A DNA stretch of 52,886 nucleotides from a virus (taxonomy: Duplodnaviria; Caudoviricetes): positions 1-52,886 of the IMG/VR virus record IMGVR_UViG_3300025875_000037. The stretch is one strand, 5' to 3'. Shown one piece after another: positions 52,772 to 52,886 of the stretch. How positions within the stretch are numbered: the stretch's first letter is position 1; every line of letters begins with the position of its first letter. Both the position numbers and the translations under genes were made by a program. The notes beneath the pieces are model-generated. The model was not told where the DNA came from. It made no database searches and was given only the letters and a program-made list of their open reading frames with translations.

Positions 52772-52886
52772 CCCTCCCCCGCCTGCCGATGGGCAAGGCC
52801 CTCCGCGACGCGCTAGAGGCTGGCACGGGCAAGCCGTGCGGCTGGGGCGGCTTCCCCCGTGTCGGCACACCTGCCGTCCCCGCTGA
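52761..52886. repeat. 126-bp terminal direct repeat (copy 2)
   Basis: identical to 4-129. Confidence 0.95.

Noticed and set aside
1-52886. Integrase/att site, reverse transcriptase/DGR, tRNA, IS element
   Set aside because: No recognisable motifs seen by eye; HMM, tRNAscan and ISEScan runs would be needed to confirm absence.

Overview
The window looks like an essentially complete, circularly permuted genome (~52.76 kb unique) of a high-GC siphovirus, most likely infecting an actinobacterium. Bases 4-129 recur at 52761-52886. Nearly all genes are on the + strand. Gene order is: tail genes (terminator, major tail, frameshifted chaperone, tape measure, minor tails), M15 endolysin and holin, an early/replication region (tandem-HTH protein, PD-(D/E)XK exonuclease, Gp3/RDF-like protein, initiator with internal iterons, HNH, VRR-NUC, SNF2-like helicase, amino-MTase, DnaN-like clamp), TerS, C5-MTase, TerL, portal, scaffold, decoration and major capsid, a 9 kb carbohydrate-enzyme island, then head-tail connectors. 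I saw no integrase, polymerase, tRNA or CRISPR array. The most interesting signal is regulatory. Nine dispersed promoter cassettes (GC-TA[G/T]GNT-N5-TAC[A/G]) and eleven genes share the extended RBS CCTGGAGG. An intergenic unit at about 17311-17386 (-10 box, then GTCCCTCCAGG, then a terminator hairpin) could make a ~60-nt RNA complementary to that RBS, a candidate phage antisense-RBS regulon. Other notable features are direct repeats at accessory-gene junctions, a GNRA-rich structured RNA candidate, a stand-alone secreted peptide and a duplicated mini-scaffold. All functional calls come from motif recognition and synteny; no database searches were run.
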